A DNA stretch of 64,000 bases from a virus. A program made the position numbers and the translations under genes. The notes below the pieces were generated by a model. The model saw nothing but the letters and a program-made list of their open reading frames with translations, was not told where the DNA came from and made no database searches. Shown one piece after another: positions 10,701 through 20,303 of this stretch. Position 1 is the first letter of the stretch; each line of letters starts with the position of its first letter. The stretch spans positions 1 through 64,000 of the IMG/VR virus record IMGVR_UViG_3300000117_000009; one strand, given 5' to 3'.

Positions 10701-11071
10701 TATTAATAGGACTTGAGGAAAGTGGAGTTTCTTTAGTAGAAGCAGATAAAAATGCTTTAGATGCTGCACCAATTATAAGAGAAATAGCAGCTTTAACAGG
10801 TCAAACTGGCGATTTAGCTAGATTAACAAAACAAGACGTTGATGCTCTAATGGCAGGACAATCGGAAAGATTTGTTGAATTGCAAGAAAGATTTGCTGAT
10901 TACTTAAGAGATCAGGCAAATGAACAAAAAGTAGTAGTAACAATTGATGGTTATGCAGTAACCGCACATTTATCACAGCTTCAAGCAGACCAGCACGCAA
11001 ATGCAGCATTCGGAAGAGGCAAAGCTACACATAAAGGCCAGAGTCACCCTGGCAGACTTGGAACAACATAA
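7718..11071 (+). CDS. Tape measure protein
   Basis: 1117 aa, helical, Ala/Gly/Lys-rich, with hydrophobic segments. Follows the chaperone and precedes baseplate genes. Confidence 0.85.
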   Translation: MSDPDPKSGGLTPEEESKFGRKANERRKQSQSELNKKLQDGNDILEKSKRKTNQWADNIDNAINKTKKWASEQKDILMALTALNAALSVGTKLFKGFTFVLNKVISTASVFIKSMTTMPIIIGNMAGKLGNTVRTEITEVLGNATEGLKEFFDTASNGGGAVLNLGRIATSSLGSFQSVNSELTKLFGYGASGASNMIQQLGQGINSMGVFAELFAESTTQSTQSIIYFQKMTKGLGMSAEDTKYITLEAAKNGEHYFDTMLRVKNAADDASKKFGINRKRLSMGFFDLRKDIVNFGHLSEPALMAVVGKASQLGVSMESLKGVFSKFDTFESAASSAAQLQQAFGMNVDALKLIKAEDPTEIVEMFRQSMLMTGRSFDDLNRHEKSLMASHTGMSAETLKSVMNYRTLGKSFEEIKKIMNDQKPEERHIKAMKDMNSSVTEVKKTIEGKGFFENFADGVKTTIMYNSKLGKSYRNVSKRMEQFYEEGLSLNKAQKKMLNQALSPLTNIVDSIIGKNGPFSKGTFTKFKNQALKQLSEFTKDVFGDSKGRGKKDIRDAQSKWQKKLKNILSFDNIMKDQSFLGKIYRTSGKIIGVLIRGLVVAVPAVANAVGEFFTQGLSRIDDVFDSNSGMGRKIKKWLGFSDEEAPKIFESINTALKDMKETFLGKSGKDGVISRALNYSLSIFRNLGKLIVDGIVDNKDVLFELFDDLTLGFFSNFDKYASRSSFFSMFYDEDKMLGMGKKALMEKAKREGAENVINEKLAELGDRDQQESIGDSVDEGQHYLLGEISGLARLISRGDKDKRLDKAQNDLLFSLQSTAEGSAGLFIQDMFEGGEDKFDISAKSKEMDKLFGEGSAKAINKMYNDRVTELNKLFIAQGMSEGDAAKRAGDKAKNDGGRIGMMMELVQKRLGDIRRESTMSDEQIRVRDDQKMLDGLFQAANKREREVAELNQISPDNYYAANYDEGYHGEHTIKNAKTGEAVKMQVGAATADVLIGLEESGVSLVEADKNALDAAPIIREIAALTGQTGDLARLTKQDVDALMAGQSERFVELQERFADYLRDQANEQKVVVTIDGYAVTAHLSQLQADQHANAAFGRGKATHKGQSHPGRLGTT

Positions 11072-11322
11072 TGTATAAACTAGATTTAAAAGACAAAGTT
11101 TTTAATGAATTAAAGTTACCAGAAATATTTGCGTTAGCAATTTCAGAAAAACTTGATAAACCATATGACGAGTGCTTAAAGTTATTAGAAACGTTAACAG
11201 AAGAAAAAATCAAAAGTGTAGAAAAAACTTTTTTTGAGTTAGGCCAGCAAAGCAACATAAGTATAGATAAACCTAAAGATATTGATGATTTTATCAAAGG
11301 TAACGATGTTATAAAAGGATAA
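11071..11322 (+). CDS. Hypothetical protein in tail module
   Basis: 83-aa ORF coupled (TAATG) to the tape measure and abutting the next gene. Confidence 0.6.
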   Translation: MYKLDLKDKVFNELKLPEIFALAISEKLDKPYDECLKLLETLTEEKIKSVEKTFFELGQQSNISIDKPKDIDDFIKGNDVIKG

Positions 11323-13965
11323 ATGATGCCTAAGTATGTTCTTTCACCAGACGGATCTATAAAAGATTTAAGTAAGCTCTTGAGCATTAAAAATGATGAA
11401 ATCGCTGAAAAGATAAGTAAACCTATAGTAGCCCAAGGCGGATCACATTATGCAGAAGAAAAAAACTTAGGAGCCATTTCAAATGCAAACTTGCCTTTCC
11501 TTACAGCTGCAGATAGCTTTTTAGAGAGTAATAATAGACTTGGAAGCATTTCTGAATCTATAGCCAGTGGTGAAAAAAAGCATATTATTGGAACTGAAAC
11601 TGTAGATGTAGGTTCTGATAACTTTGTTAGTGGGTCAAGAGACGATAACTTTCTTGCAAATCCTTCGTTTGGCGGTGATGAAAATATACAATATTATAAA
11701 AACTTTAATAACTATTTAGGAGTAAATGAAATATTTGCTTCTGAGTTAGAAATGGCAGCAGGTTTAGAGCTATCTACCTTTGGTTTTAAAGATATTACTA
11801 AACTTATATTTATGTTTGACTATATTCTTGAAGCATCTGTATATATTGCAGCAATTGAAGGCATACTTGCAGTTGAAAATTTTGCTTTTGATGCGGCTGG
11901 TCGCAAAACTACAACAAATATTGAGAATGACTATCAAATGGAGCTAGGCAATTATGGACCAATAAATTATTCAGCTTTAACAAGGTATATACACGAACAC
12001 TTAAGATATCCTAAAGACAAAAGAACAAAGATGGGTTTTGGCGGCATTGCTGAAAGACTGGGTGCTTTTTATGTTGGACTAAGTTTCTATGTTAACTCAG
12101 ATCCGCTATTGTTTATAGAAAAGTTTTCTGGGTACAATCAAGAAAAATTTGGAAACTTAGGCTTTACTAGTGGTTTACTTACAAGCAAAAATGCTTCTCT
12201 AGAGTTACTGTATAATATGGGGTATTATATTGTTGAATCGATATTGAATTTGTCAAGTATTGGGAGTAATAGACTACTTATGCTTGTTAGAAGATTTAAT
12301 CAAAAAAGCGACTGGGTGACAAATAAACTTTATAAAGCAAAATCAAATGCCTCGTTTGCATCAGGTGACAATCCTGTTGAAAAGTTCATGGTTGAATTAA
12401 ATCACTATTATGTGACGTTTATTATTGAAAGAATTAATATTGGATTAAAAGCAAAAAAATATTATAAAAATAATAAAAGCTCAAGATATAAACTTAATAG
12501 ATCAGGCCGCGCAAAAGACAGTATTACAGGTTTTTCAAAAGTCGATGTTTCATATAAAAATGGAATTGAAAAAGTAAATAATATAAAAAAAATTGACGGT
12601 GATAAAAGACTTGAAAAGAAACAGAGCATATCAATATCTGCTTTACCACAAGCTTTTATTATGCCTAAAAGCATGTACAAAAGTTCTGCTTATAACGGTC
12701 TTGGGGAAAAGTTTTTAGAAGAACACGTAAAAAATTATTTTATAAAAACAGAAAAGTCACAGCAAAGACTTTCAAATGAAACTGTTAAAAAGTTTGAAGC
12801 TTTTTATGAAAAAGAGATGGTCCCTTTTTATTTTCAAGACTTGCGAACAAATGAAATCTTAGGCTTTCATGCTTTTGTTGAGTCTTATAGCGATTCTTTT
12901 TCACCACAATATAATGAAACAGCGCCAGGTTACGGCAGAGTTGATAAAGTTTATCACTATATGAATACTTCAAGACAAATACAAGTCTCTTTTATGTTAG
13001 TATCAATGTCAAAAGAAGATCATGACTTAATGTGGTATCAAATCAACAAGCTTGTTTCTATGGTATACCCACAATGGAGTCGAGGTTTTAAAAATACTGA
13101 TTTAGATCCGAATGGAAACCTTGGGTTTGAATATCCATTTACACAAGTTCCAACTGCATCTCCGCTTATTAGAATGAGATTTGGTGATGTTTTTAAATCA
13201 AATTATACAAAACATGCTATAAACAAAATACACGGTATGGGTCAAGGCAAAGAATCTGTAAGTTTAGAAACCAATCGTGAACTTGGTGGTGCTATTGGCG
13301 GTGCTATTGGCGGTGCTATTGGCGGTGCTATTGGCGGTGCTATTGGCGGAATCTTTGACAACGTCGAAATAAAGAGCTATGTGTTACCTGGAGAATACTA
13401 CTGTTCAGAAATAACTGCTGTAACAGAAGATTCTAAAGTCGAAGTTGTTAGAAACTTAGAAGAAATAGAAATTATAGCAGAGACAGATAAAATTGTAACT
13501 TTTAAGATTATAAGTAATCCATCTGAAACTCTCAAGAAAAAGCAATATCAGGCTGATTTAAAAAGTATTGTAAAGTATCACAGTTTGCCGAATAAGATTA
13601 GAGAAGATATAGATACAATTACAGTTGACGCTGAAGCTATAACTGTAAAGAAGCACTTTGAAGACTATGTTGATGCTTTTGATGCCAATGGAAATGTAAA
13701 TAATCCTCTGACGGCAGCTTATGAAACAACGCTAGGTAAAGGTTTAGCAGGATTTATAGGTAACTTAGGAATTCAAGCAACTGATGCTTTGTGGGAAACT
13801 CAAGTTATTGGTTCAAAAGCGCCGATGTCTGTTAAGATAGATATATCGTTTAATCCGATACATGATATTGCTCCTGGCCTTGATGCAGATGGTATGATGA
13901 GAGCACCAGTTTACAATACAGGAAAAATAATTAATTCTTTATACGGCGATGTTTACGAAGATTAG
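11323..13965 (+). CDS. Baseplate / tube-initiator-like protein
   Basis: C-terminal half has tube-fold baseplate motifs (PFYFQDLRT, SYSDSFSPQY, YGRVDKVYHY, LVSMVYPQW, PLIRMRFGD, LAGFI, APMSVKIDISFNPIH). Follows the tape measure. Confidence 0.65.
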   Translation: MMPKYVLSPDGSIKDLSKLLSIKNDEIAEKISKPIVAQGGSHYAEEKNLGAISNANLPFLTAADSFLESNNRLGSISESIASGEKKHIIGTETVDVGSDNFVSGSRDDNFLANPSFGGDENIQYYKNFNNYLGVNEIFASELEMAAGLELSTFGFKDITKLIFMFDYILEASVYIAAIEGILAVENFAFDAAGRKTTTNIENDYQMELGNYGPINYSALTRYIHEHLRYPKDKRTKMGFGGIAERLGAFYVGLSFYVNSDPLLFIEKFSGYNQEKFGNLGFTSGLLTSKNASLELLYNMGYYIVESILNLSSIGSNRLLMLVRRFNQKSDWVTNKLYKAKSNASFASGDNPVEKFMVELNHYYVTFIIERINIGLKAKKYYKNNKSSRYKLNRSGRAKDSITGFSKVDVSYKNGIEKVNNIKKIDGDKRLEKKQSISISALPQAFIMPKSMYKSSAYNGLGEKFLEEHVKNYFIKTEKSQQRLSNETVKKFEAFYEKEMVPFYFQDLRTNEILGFHAFVESYSDSFSPQYNETAPGYGRVDKVYHYMNTSRQIQVSFMLVSMSKEDHDLMWYQINKLVSMVYPQWSRGFKNTDLDPNGNLGFEYPFTQVPTASPLIRMRFGDVFKSNYTKHAINKIHGMGQGKESVSLETNRELGGAIGGAIGGAIGGAIGGAIGGIFDNVEIKSYVLPGEYYCSEITAVTEDSKVEVVRNLEEIEIIAETDKIVTFKIISNPSETLKKKQYQADLKSIVKYHSLPNKIREDIDTITVDAEAITVKKHFEDYVDAFDANGNVNNPLTAAYETTLGKGLAGFIGNLGIQATDALWETQVIGSKAPMSVKIDISFNPIHDIAPGLDADGMMRAPVYNTGKIINSLYGDVYED
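13288..13347 (+). repeat. Perfect 12-bp tandem repeat (GGTGCTATTGGC)x5 encoding (GAIG)5
   Basis: Read directly from the sequence; codons are identical in all five copies. Confidence 0.97.
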
Positions 13966-13995
13966 CAAGGCATTTGCTTAGAAGAGGCTTGAAAA

Positions 13996-14283
13996 ATGGC
14001 AGAAGAAATTAGTAGATTTTATATAAAAGATGGGCAAGAAATAAGTTTAAATTCAAAAATATTTCGTGCTGTTCAAAATAAATCAATACCTTTTAAGGAG
14101 AAAATAACAAAGGTTGGTGATAGACTTGATCACATCGCGTATGAAGCATATGGTAATGCTAAACTTTGGTGGATTATTGCAGCAGCTAGTGGAATAGGCT
14201 GGTGGCTTCAAGTTTCTGATGGGATTGTCTTAAAAATTCCTCTAGATATTGAAGATATTAAAAATTTAGCGGAGAATAACTAA
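13996..14283 (+). CDS. LysM/tail-X-like baseplate wedge protein
   Basis: VGDRLDHIAYEAYGNAKLWWIIAAASG...GIVLKIP matches the P2 gpX / T4 gp53 LysM-like pattern. Confidence 0.85.
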   Translation: MAEEISRFYIKDGQEISLNSKIFRAVQNKSIPFKEKITKVGDRLDHIAYEAYGNAKLWWIIAAASGIGWWLQVSDGIVLKIPLDIEDIKNLAENN

Positions 14284-17200
14284 TGCCTCCTATAAAAAAA
14301 AGTGCTCAAGTTTATGAACAGTCACTCAATGCATTGGCAGCTGCAAATATGCATAAATATGTTGATTCACAAAACCCAGTTGATGTTTTACAAAAACTAT
14401 TAAATGTGCCAAGATTAGACACCATTGACGAAAAAAAACAAAATCAAATTATAAAAGATTTTTTTACGCTAGTAGCAAATCTATTCCAGTCAATAACAAC
14501 AAGAGGACTTTTTACTTATGAAATATTTGATTATATTGTCAAGAAAATAGAACATATTGTACAAAAAGAATTAAAGCTTAGTCCAGAAGCACAAAAAAAA
14601 CAAGGTAAATTATTAGGAGCACTAATTGCAGATTATGTTTGCATTTTTCACAAAGACTACTATTTTGATAGTAAGGCAATAGAACACTTTAAATTAGAAG
14701 AAGGTAATAAGGATACTTTAAGAGGTGCAATATCAAGAGAAGTTTTTAAATCTTTATTTCACTTTAATCAAGGAATTAATAGCACATCGGAACTTGATAG
14801 TAAAAACGAATCTAGATATGGAACGCCGTACGCGGGTGACCTTAAAGATTCAGACGTTATTGTAGGTCGACCACATTTAAGAGTATTACCTAATGTTGCA
14901 TGTTTTTTAAACTTGGAAAAAACAACAAAAAATAATTTAGAACAAAAAGTCTCTGAAATAAATGTTAATAAAAACATAGAGAACCCTACAAAATCAGAAC
15001 CTTCTTTGTCTGTTATACTATTAAATAATAGAAACATAAGATGTGGAACAAAAAATTCTTTAGAACTTTCTGCTTTTTTTAATAGCATTTCAAATTTAGA
15101 ATTTTCTAAAGCTTTTCCTTATTTTAACGTGACTTTTATTTTGCCAAACACTTCTAAACAAGATATCACAAATGTTTTTAAAACTGCAACTTTAAATCAG
15201 TTTATGTTTGGTTCAAGAACTGAAGGCGTAACAGGTAACTACAATAAGTTTGAAGGTAAAATAGTAGAAAGAAATGACAGAATAGGTGTAACAACAAATC
15301 TATCAGTATTTGCAACGCCTCAAACAGCTATTAACATGAATGAAAAAGTAGGGCATAGAGACATATATAATGAAAGTGATAAAAAGTTAAGACTTACATC
15401 TGTGCACAATAAAACTTCTCCTTTTATGACTTTAAAAAGCTTTGAAATTGATATTGCGCCAACAACAGGCCTAATGTCTTTTAAATCAGGTAGAATATCA
15501 ATGGTTCTTCATGATAGAACAAGAATGGGTGATATTGCTCCTTTTATTAAACCTGATCTATTTGGTGCTTTTGGCGCAGAAATATCTGTAGAATATGGCT
15601 GGACTCATCAAGACGCAGGAAAATTAAATGCGCAGAACAGCCCGATTAATCCGATAGGTGACTTTTTAAATTCATCTGTATGTTTAGAAAAATATATGAT
15701 TACAAATTCACAGTTTTCAATAACAGCATCTGGAGAAGTAGAAATTAATCTTTCTATTGCAATGAAAGGTCCTATTGATTTAAGACAAACTGAAGTTGTT
15801 GAATTTACACGAATTTCAATTCAAAGAAACGCGTTTGATGCAGCACAACAAAGATATCTTAGAGCTGTAGGTGATCTTCAAGAAGAATTAGGCACAAATA
15901 GAACAACTCCCTCTTATGACAGGACAATCACAGCATCTGCAAATGGGTTTAACAACTCTTTTACTGGAAGATATACAGAAAAATATAATAAACCTAAAAA
16001 AGGCAAAAAAAAGAAAACATTCACTGAAGAGTATAAAAGGGCTCAAGGTGCTATCAATAAACTTTCATTAATATCTAAAGCTTTATTGTCAATAGAAGAA
16101 GTCGCTTTTAGCGGAACAAGTCAATCCTTTCAATTAGACAGAAAGAAATTTACTAATAATAAAAGATTAAGAGATAAAAAAGCTTATATTGTTGACATAC
16201 GTGATATAGCGGGCTTAGGTGATAGGCTTAGTGAAAAAGGAGTAATAACAGCTGCTAAAACTGTTCAAAGAGCTGATCTTGATGAAAAAATACAGGCTCT
16301 ACAACAACGCGCGGATATTTTAAGAAACGCCGGCAAAGACGCAGACGCGTTTGAAGTCAATGCCCAAATTCAAACGCTGAATCAGCAAGCTTTAAATAGT
16401 GTATCAAGCATATCACGTGACACAATTATTAGCTTAGGTAACGCGATTAGTAATCTTTCTATTCAACTCCAAAAAATCATAGATGACAATGATAAGCTAA
16501 AGAAGCAAATTCAAAGTTATATAAATAATTTAATTGGAGGTTTGCAAATTACTGATCTTTTTTACGATGGTAGTCTAGGTAATGCTTATGAAAGCATACC
16601 ATCATTAAGAAGTATTAGCTTTGAGCCAAAAGATTATATTACATTTGGAAGTTTTTTAGTATCTTTAGCAAGCAGTCATATGATTACTCTTCAAAAATAT
16701 GACGAAATTCAATTTGTTTTTCACAACGTAAATGAAAAAGCTGGATTATGTTCAAGCTTTGGCGCGCCGTCACAAAATTTACTGCAGACCCAAAATCAAC
16801 AGCAAGTTACAGACGAAGAAGCCAGAAGTCAGGGTTTAAGCATAGCATCTTTATTGTTAGAAAAACAAAGGCTTGAGATTTATTTACAAGACTTATTTGA
16901 AAAAAATGCCAAAATTACTGTTGAATCTTTAATTAGTCAAATTATTACAAACTTTGTTGTAACAAAAGATAACCCATGTTATGGATTACAAGATTTCTTT
17001 GAAAGAAAAGATTTTAAGTCTCCTGTAAAGCCTAAAAAAGAAAAAAAAGATGCCAAAATATCATCTAATGCGAGCATGACTCTACGTTTAAATGAGTTTT
17101 ATTATGGTAATAAAAAAAATGCAAAGGTCTTATATGATTCTGAAGGTGTGTTTGTACCACCAACAATCCAGTTGAGTTTTGATGCATTATCAGACGTTAC

Positions 17201-20180
17201 TAATTTAGACAAGACAATTTTAAGAATTAGTGTATATGACAGAAATGATAATCCGTATCAATCAATAAGTAATTGTTTTAATCAAGGTGATGACATAAGT
17301 CATAAAGGCATAAAACAATTACTAAGAACTGCAAAAGAACTTGAAAACAATAAAAAAAGAAAAGACATACTTAAAGGCAAAAAAAAGAGAACAAAATCAC
17401 AGAAAGCTGAGCTTAATACTTTAAACAGTATAATAGATGATCAAACAAAAGTGTCAAAAAAGCTTTATGGAAAAGTAATTGGTAAAGACGGTATTTTTGA
17501 AAGAGTCACTATAGGTGACAAAGAATTATTTAGGTTTAAGTCTGGAAAAGGATTCCTTGATATAAAAAAAAGAACAAGATCTTTAATGCCAACAGCAACA
17601 TTTGCAAGTGAACATAGTGCATTAATAAGTGCATCTGCAGCAACTGTCAATGAAGCAAAGTTAAATACAGTTTATATTACTAATCAAAATAGAAACAATA
17701 CAGCAGAATTAAACGGTAATGTGATCGTTGATATGCCTCTAAGAGTTTTACCTTCGCAAGTATCTATTGAAACTTTTGGTTGTCCATGGGCAAGTTTTGG
17801 TCAATATATTTTTGTTGACTTTGAAACAGGAACAACTTTAGATAATTCTTATGCTGTTACAAGCATTAAGCATACACTTACTCCCGGAAACTTTAAAACA
17901 TCATTGTCTTTGTCTTATGGCGATGTCTTTGGTAAATATGAAGGTTTAGCAGATGGATTTAACAACCTTATTGCTGGCAAGTTTGACTCATTAGCTGATG
18001 AGAGCATAGAAGTTGAAGAACTAAAGGATCAAACTAAAAATCAGAAAGCAGCTGAAGAAACAGAAGCAGAAAGTCAAGCTTTAAAAAATCCTGTTTCTAA
18101 AAATAATCCAAGTGCAGGACAGCCAAAGACTATTACGCCAAGCAGAGCATCGCCAAAAGACAAAGCTAATTTTAAAAAAGCAAAGAAAGTTGAAAAGAAA
18201 TTAAAAAGATCTACAAAACCAACAGCATCAGTAAAAAAGACAAAAACTACAAAAAATATACAAGTATTAGACGTGACTAAAGGTGTTTATACTTTACAAA
18301 AAATATTTAATGTAAACAGCGTTGAGTCTGCTATACAATTTAGTGATAGATATAATATCTGTGTGTATGGATCAAGCGAAAACCATATATTCGATATTTA
18401 CAAAAATCCATATCTTAAAATAAAAAAAGACATTGAAAATTTAAAAAAAATAATTGACAAATTTAAAAGCACAACAGGGTTTGAAAGCGTTCAGATTAGA
18501 GAGCGTATCAGTCATGCGATTCATCTTAGTTTTGATTCTAATTACGACCGTAATTACAAAGAAATAATCAGCAAAATTCTCACACTGACTCGCGAGTCTT
18601 CTGAGCGCTTGCGAGAATTAATTAAAATTTTTCATAACATCAAAGATTTTTTTACTAAACAACATATATTTGATTTTGTTTACTTAAATGATGATAGTTT
18701 AGAGTCTGATAGACAGATAGCAGCTTATTCTATAAATACAAATCCTAAGACGTTTGAAGAAGCAATAAGTAGGCATATTATTAAAACAAAAGGCAACAAT
18801 ATTTCAAATGTTCTATTACGTCTTGGAGTAATTACATCAAGTCTTCATAAAACAATTGATTTTGATAGTTTTTATAGAATATTAAGCGTTAAAGAAAAAA
18901 TACAACCGACACCTTATAAAACTATAATACCTGACGTGGTTAAACAAACGAAAGACTTTTATAGTATATTTGGAATAGTTGTACACAATAAAACGTTGGA
19001 TCATGCATATTTTTATTATGTAAAGATACCAAACTTAGGATTAATTTATGAACTTACATTAAAAGCTGGCACTAATGAATTTTCTATTTCCGAAATTGAG
19101 CGCCTATTTCCTAATGCTCCTTTTGAATTTGTACAAAATCTAAAAAAAACGTACTTGAATTCATCAAATCTTCCTTTAAAAAGTTATATACAAACACAGT
19201 CTATAAAAGATGAAGATATTCTTTCTGAAGCATTCTTAATAAGCGATGCTACAGGAAAAAACACTAATGTTTTTCTTGATGATGGTTTTGTTCTACCCGA
19301 TAATCTAGAACCAGAAAAAGAATTTGACTATGAATTTTATATTAACAATGTTTTTAATAGTACTGAGAGTAAACTTTTTGCTAAATATAGCGACGATAAG
19401 AAGAAATTTTATAACAAAAAGTCTATAGCACATACGCTAAATGATTTTATAAAAAGCGATGAACTTGCTTTACATCTGTACGAATTAAATCTGGATAAAG
19501 CAAAATTTATTAATAACATCTCTAAAAATATAAGTTTAGATAATGAAACTTATGTGGATCCGTTTGAAATTGAAATAGAAAATTTTTATTTTCCAGGCAA
19601 AAATGCGTCGTTTCAAAATAAAAAAAATCGGCGGGACTCAGATTACGATGACAGTATATCTTCTTTGTCTAATAAATTTAGTTTAAGCGACACATTCTAT
19701 AGGGGTTATAATCTAACTGGATCTCATAAGCTTGTATTTCTTTTCAAAGCTGAATACTATAAAGATAAGGCTGATCAAACGCGCTGGGATAACCAAGTAG
19801 GTAATTTCAATTTTTTTAGATGCTATTATACAATATTTATTATTATTGTTGAATATTTTAATATAAATAGAGGAGAAGCTTCTTTAGATGATGATGAGAT
19901 ACTTCCACAATTAAAGAAAGATGAATACGTAGTCTTGAATGAAAAAATAAATGCTTCACATGCTTTGTACATTTATAATATATTATTAGAAAAATTTAAA
20001 TCTAGAATAGATTTTGGGTCCTCTTCTGAAGATGAAGATGAAAATAAGTTAAAGAAACAAACACAACTTGCGGTTAAAATTTTTAAAGAAGTTTGTTTCT
20101 TTACTGATGATAAAAAATACTCATCCGCGCCATTTGAAAACGTGTATAGCTTGATAGAGACTCCTCCGGAAAACCTATAA
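14283..20180 (+). CDS. Large baseplate hub-like protein with C-terminal accessory region
   Basis: 1965 aa after the LysM gene. Hub-type C-terminal strand motif SIETFGCPWASFGQYIFVDF...YAVTSIKHTLTPGNFKTSLSL, then a Lys-rich linker and about 600 aa of unknown function. Confidence 0.6.
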   Translation: MPPIKKSAQVYEQSLNALAAANMHKYVDSQNPVDVLQKLLNVPRLDTIDEKKQNQIIKDFFTLVANLFQSITTRGLFTYEIFDYIVKKIEHIVQKELKLSPEAQKKQGKLLGALIADYVCIFHKDYYFDSKAIEHFKLEEGNKDTLRGAISREVFKSLFHFNQGINSTSELDSKNESRYGTPYAGDLKDSDVIVGRPHLRVLPNVACFLNLEKTTKNNLEQKVSEINVNKNIENPTKSEPSLSVILLNNRNIRCGTKNSLELSAFFNSISNLEFSKAFPYFNVTFILPNTSKQDITNVFKTATLNQFMFGSRTEGVTGNYNKFEGKIVERNDRIGVTTNLSVFATPQTAINMNEKVGHRDIYNESDKKLRLTSVHNKTSPFMTLKSFEIDIAPTTGLMSFKSGRISMVLHDRTRMGDIAPFIKPDLFGAFGAEISVEYGWTHQDAGKLNAQNSPINPIGDFLNSSVCLEKYMITNSQFSITASGEVEINLSIAMKGPIDLRQTEVVEFTRISIQRNAFDAAQQRYLRAVGDLQEELGTNRTTPSYDRTITASANGFNNSFTGRYTEKYNKPKKGKKKKTFTEEYKRAQGAINKLSLISKALLSIEEVAFSGTSQSFQLDRKKFTNNKRLRDKKAYIVDIRDIAGLGDRLSEKGVITAAKTVQRADLDEKIQALQQRADILRNAGKDADAFEVNAQIQTLNQQALNSVSSISRDTIISLGNAISNLSIQLQKIIDDNDKLKKQIQSYINNLIGGLQITDLFYDGSLGNAYESIPSLRSISFEPKDYITFGSFLVSLASSHMITLQKYDEIQFVFHNVNEKAGLCSSFGAPSQNLLQTQNQQQVTDEEARSQGLSIASLLLEKQRLEIYLQDLFEKNAKITVESLISQIITNFVVTKDNPCYGLQDFFERKDFKSPVKPKKEKKDAKISSNASMTLRLNEFYYGNKKNAKVLYDSEGVFVPPTIQLSFDALSDVTNLDKTILRISVYDRNDNPYQSISNCFNQGDDISHKGIKQLLRTAKELENNKKRKDILKGKKKRTKSQKAELNTLNSIIDDQTKVSKKLYGKVIGKDGIFERVTIGDKELFRFKSGKGFLDIKKRTRSLMPTATFASEHSALISASAATVNEAKLNTVYITNQNRNNTAELNGNVIVDMPLRVLPSQVSIETFGCPWASFGQYIFVDFETGTTLDNSYAVTSIKHTLTPGNFKTSLSLSYGDVFGKYEGLADGFNNLIAGKFDSLADESIEVEELKDQTKNQKAAEETEAESQALKNPVSKNNPSAGQPKTITPSRASPKDKANFKKAKKVEKKLKRSTKPTASVKKTKTTKNIQVLDVTKGVYTLQKIFNVNSVESAIQFSDRYNICVYGSSENHIFDIYKNPYLKIKKDIENLKKIIDKFKSTTGFESVQIRERISHAIHLSFDSNYDRNYKEIISKILTLTRESSERLRELIKIFHNIKDFFTKQHIFDFVYLNDDSLESDRQIAAYSINTNPKTFEEAISRHIIKTKGNNISNVLLRLGVITSSLHKTIDFDSFYRILSVKEKIQPTPYKTIIPDVVKQTKDFYSIFGIVVHNKTLDHAYFYYVKIPNLGLIYELTLKAGTNEFSISEIERLFPNAPFEFVQNLKKTYLNSSNLPLKSYIQTQSIKDEDILSEAFLISDATGKNTNVFLDDGFVLPDNLEPEKEFDYEFYINNVFNSTESKLFAKYSDDKKKFYNKKSIAHTLNDFIKSDELALHLYELNLDKAKFINNISKNISLDNETYVDPFEIEIENFYFPGKNASFQNKKNRRDSDYDDSISSLSNKFSLSDTFYRGYNLTGSHKLVFLFKAEYYKDKADQTRWDNQVGNFNFFRCYYTIFIIIVEYFNINRGEASLDDDEILPQLKKDEYVVLNEKINASHALYIYNILLEKFKSRIDFGSSSEDEDENKLKKQTQLAVKIFKEVCFFTDDKKYSSAPFENVYSLIETPPENL

Positions 20181-20303
20181 TAGTTTGAAGGCTGGCCGAT
20201 TCCGGAGAATGATGAAAGGATACCAAAAGCTATAAATAATTCATAATTTATTAGTTTATAATATTATATGTAAATTTATATTTTATTTTATATAGTATAA
20301 TAC

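Noticed and set aside
1-20180. Bacterial extracellular contractile injection system or tailocin locus
   Set aside because: The tail genes are contiguous with a full phage replication and nucleotide module, and no host housekeeping context is present. A lytic phage genome explains the window better.
20178-20246. Stop-codon readthrough at the end of the hub gene
   Set aside because: Two consecutive stops (TAA TAG) make readthrough unlikely; at most a remnant of a longer C-terminus.
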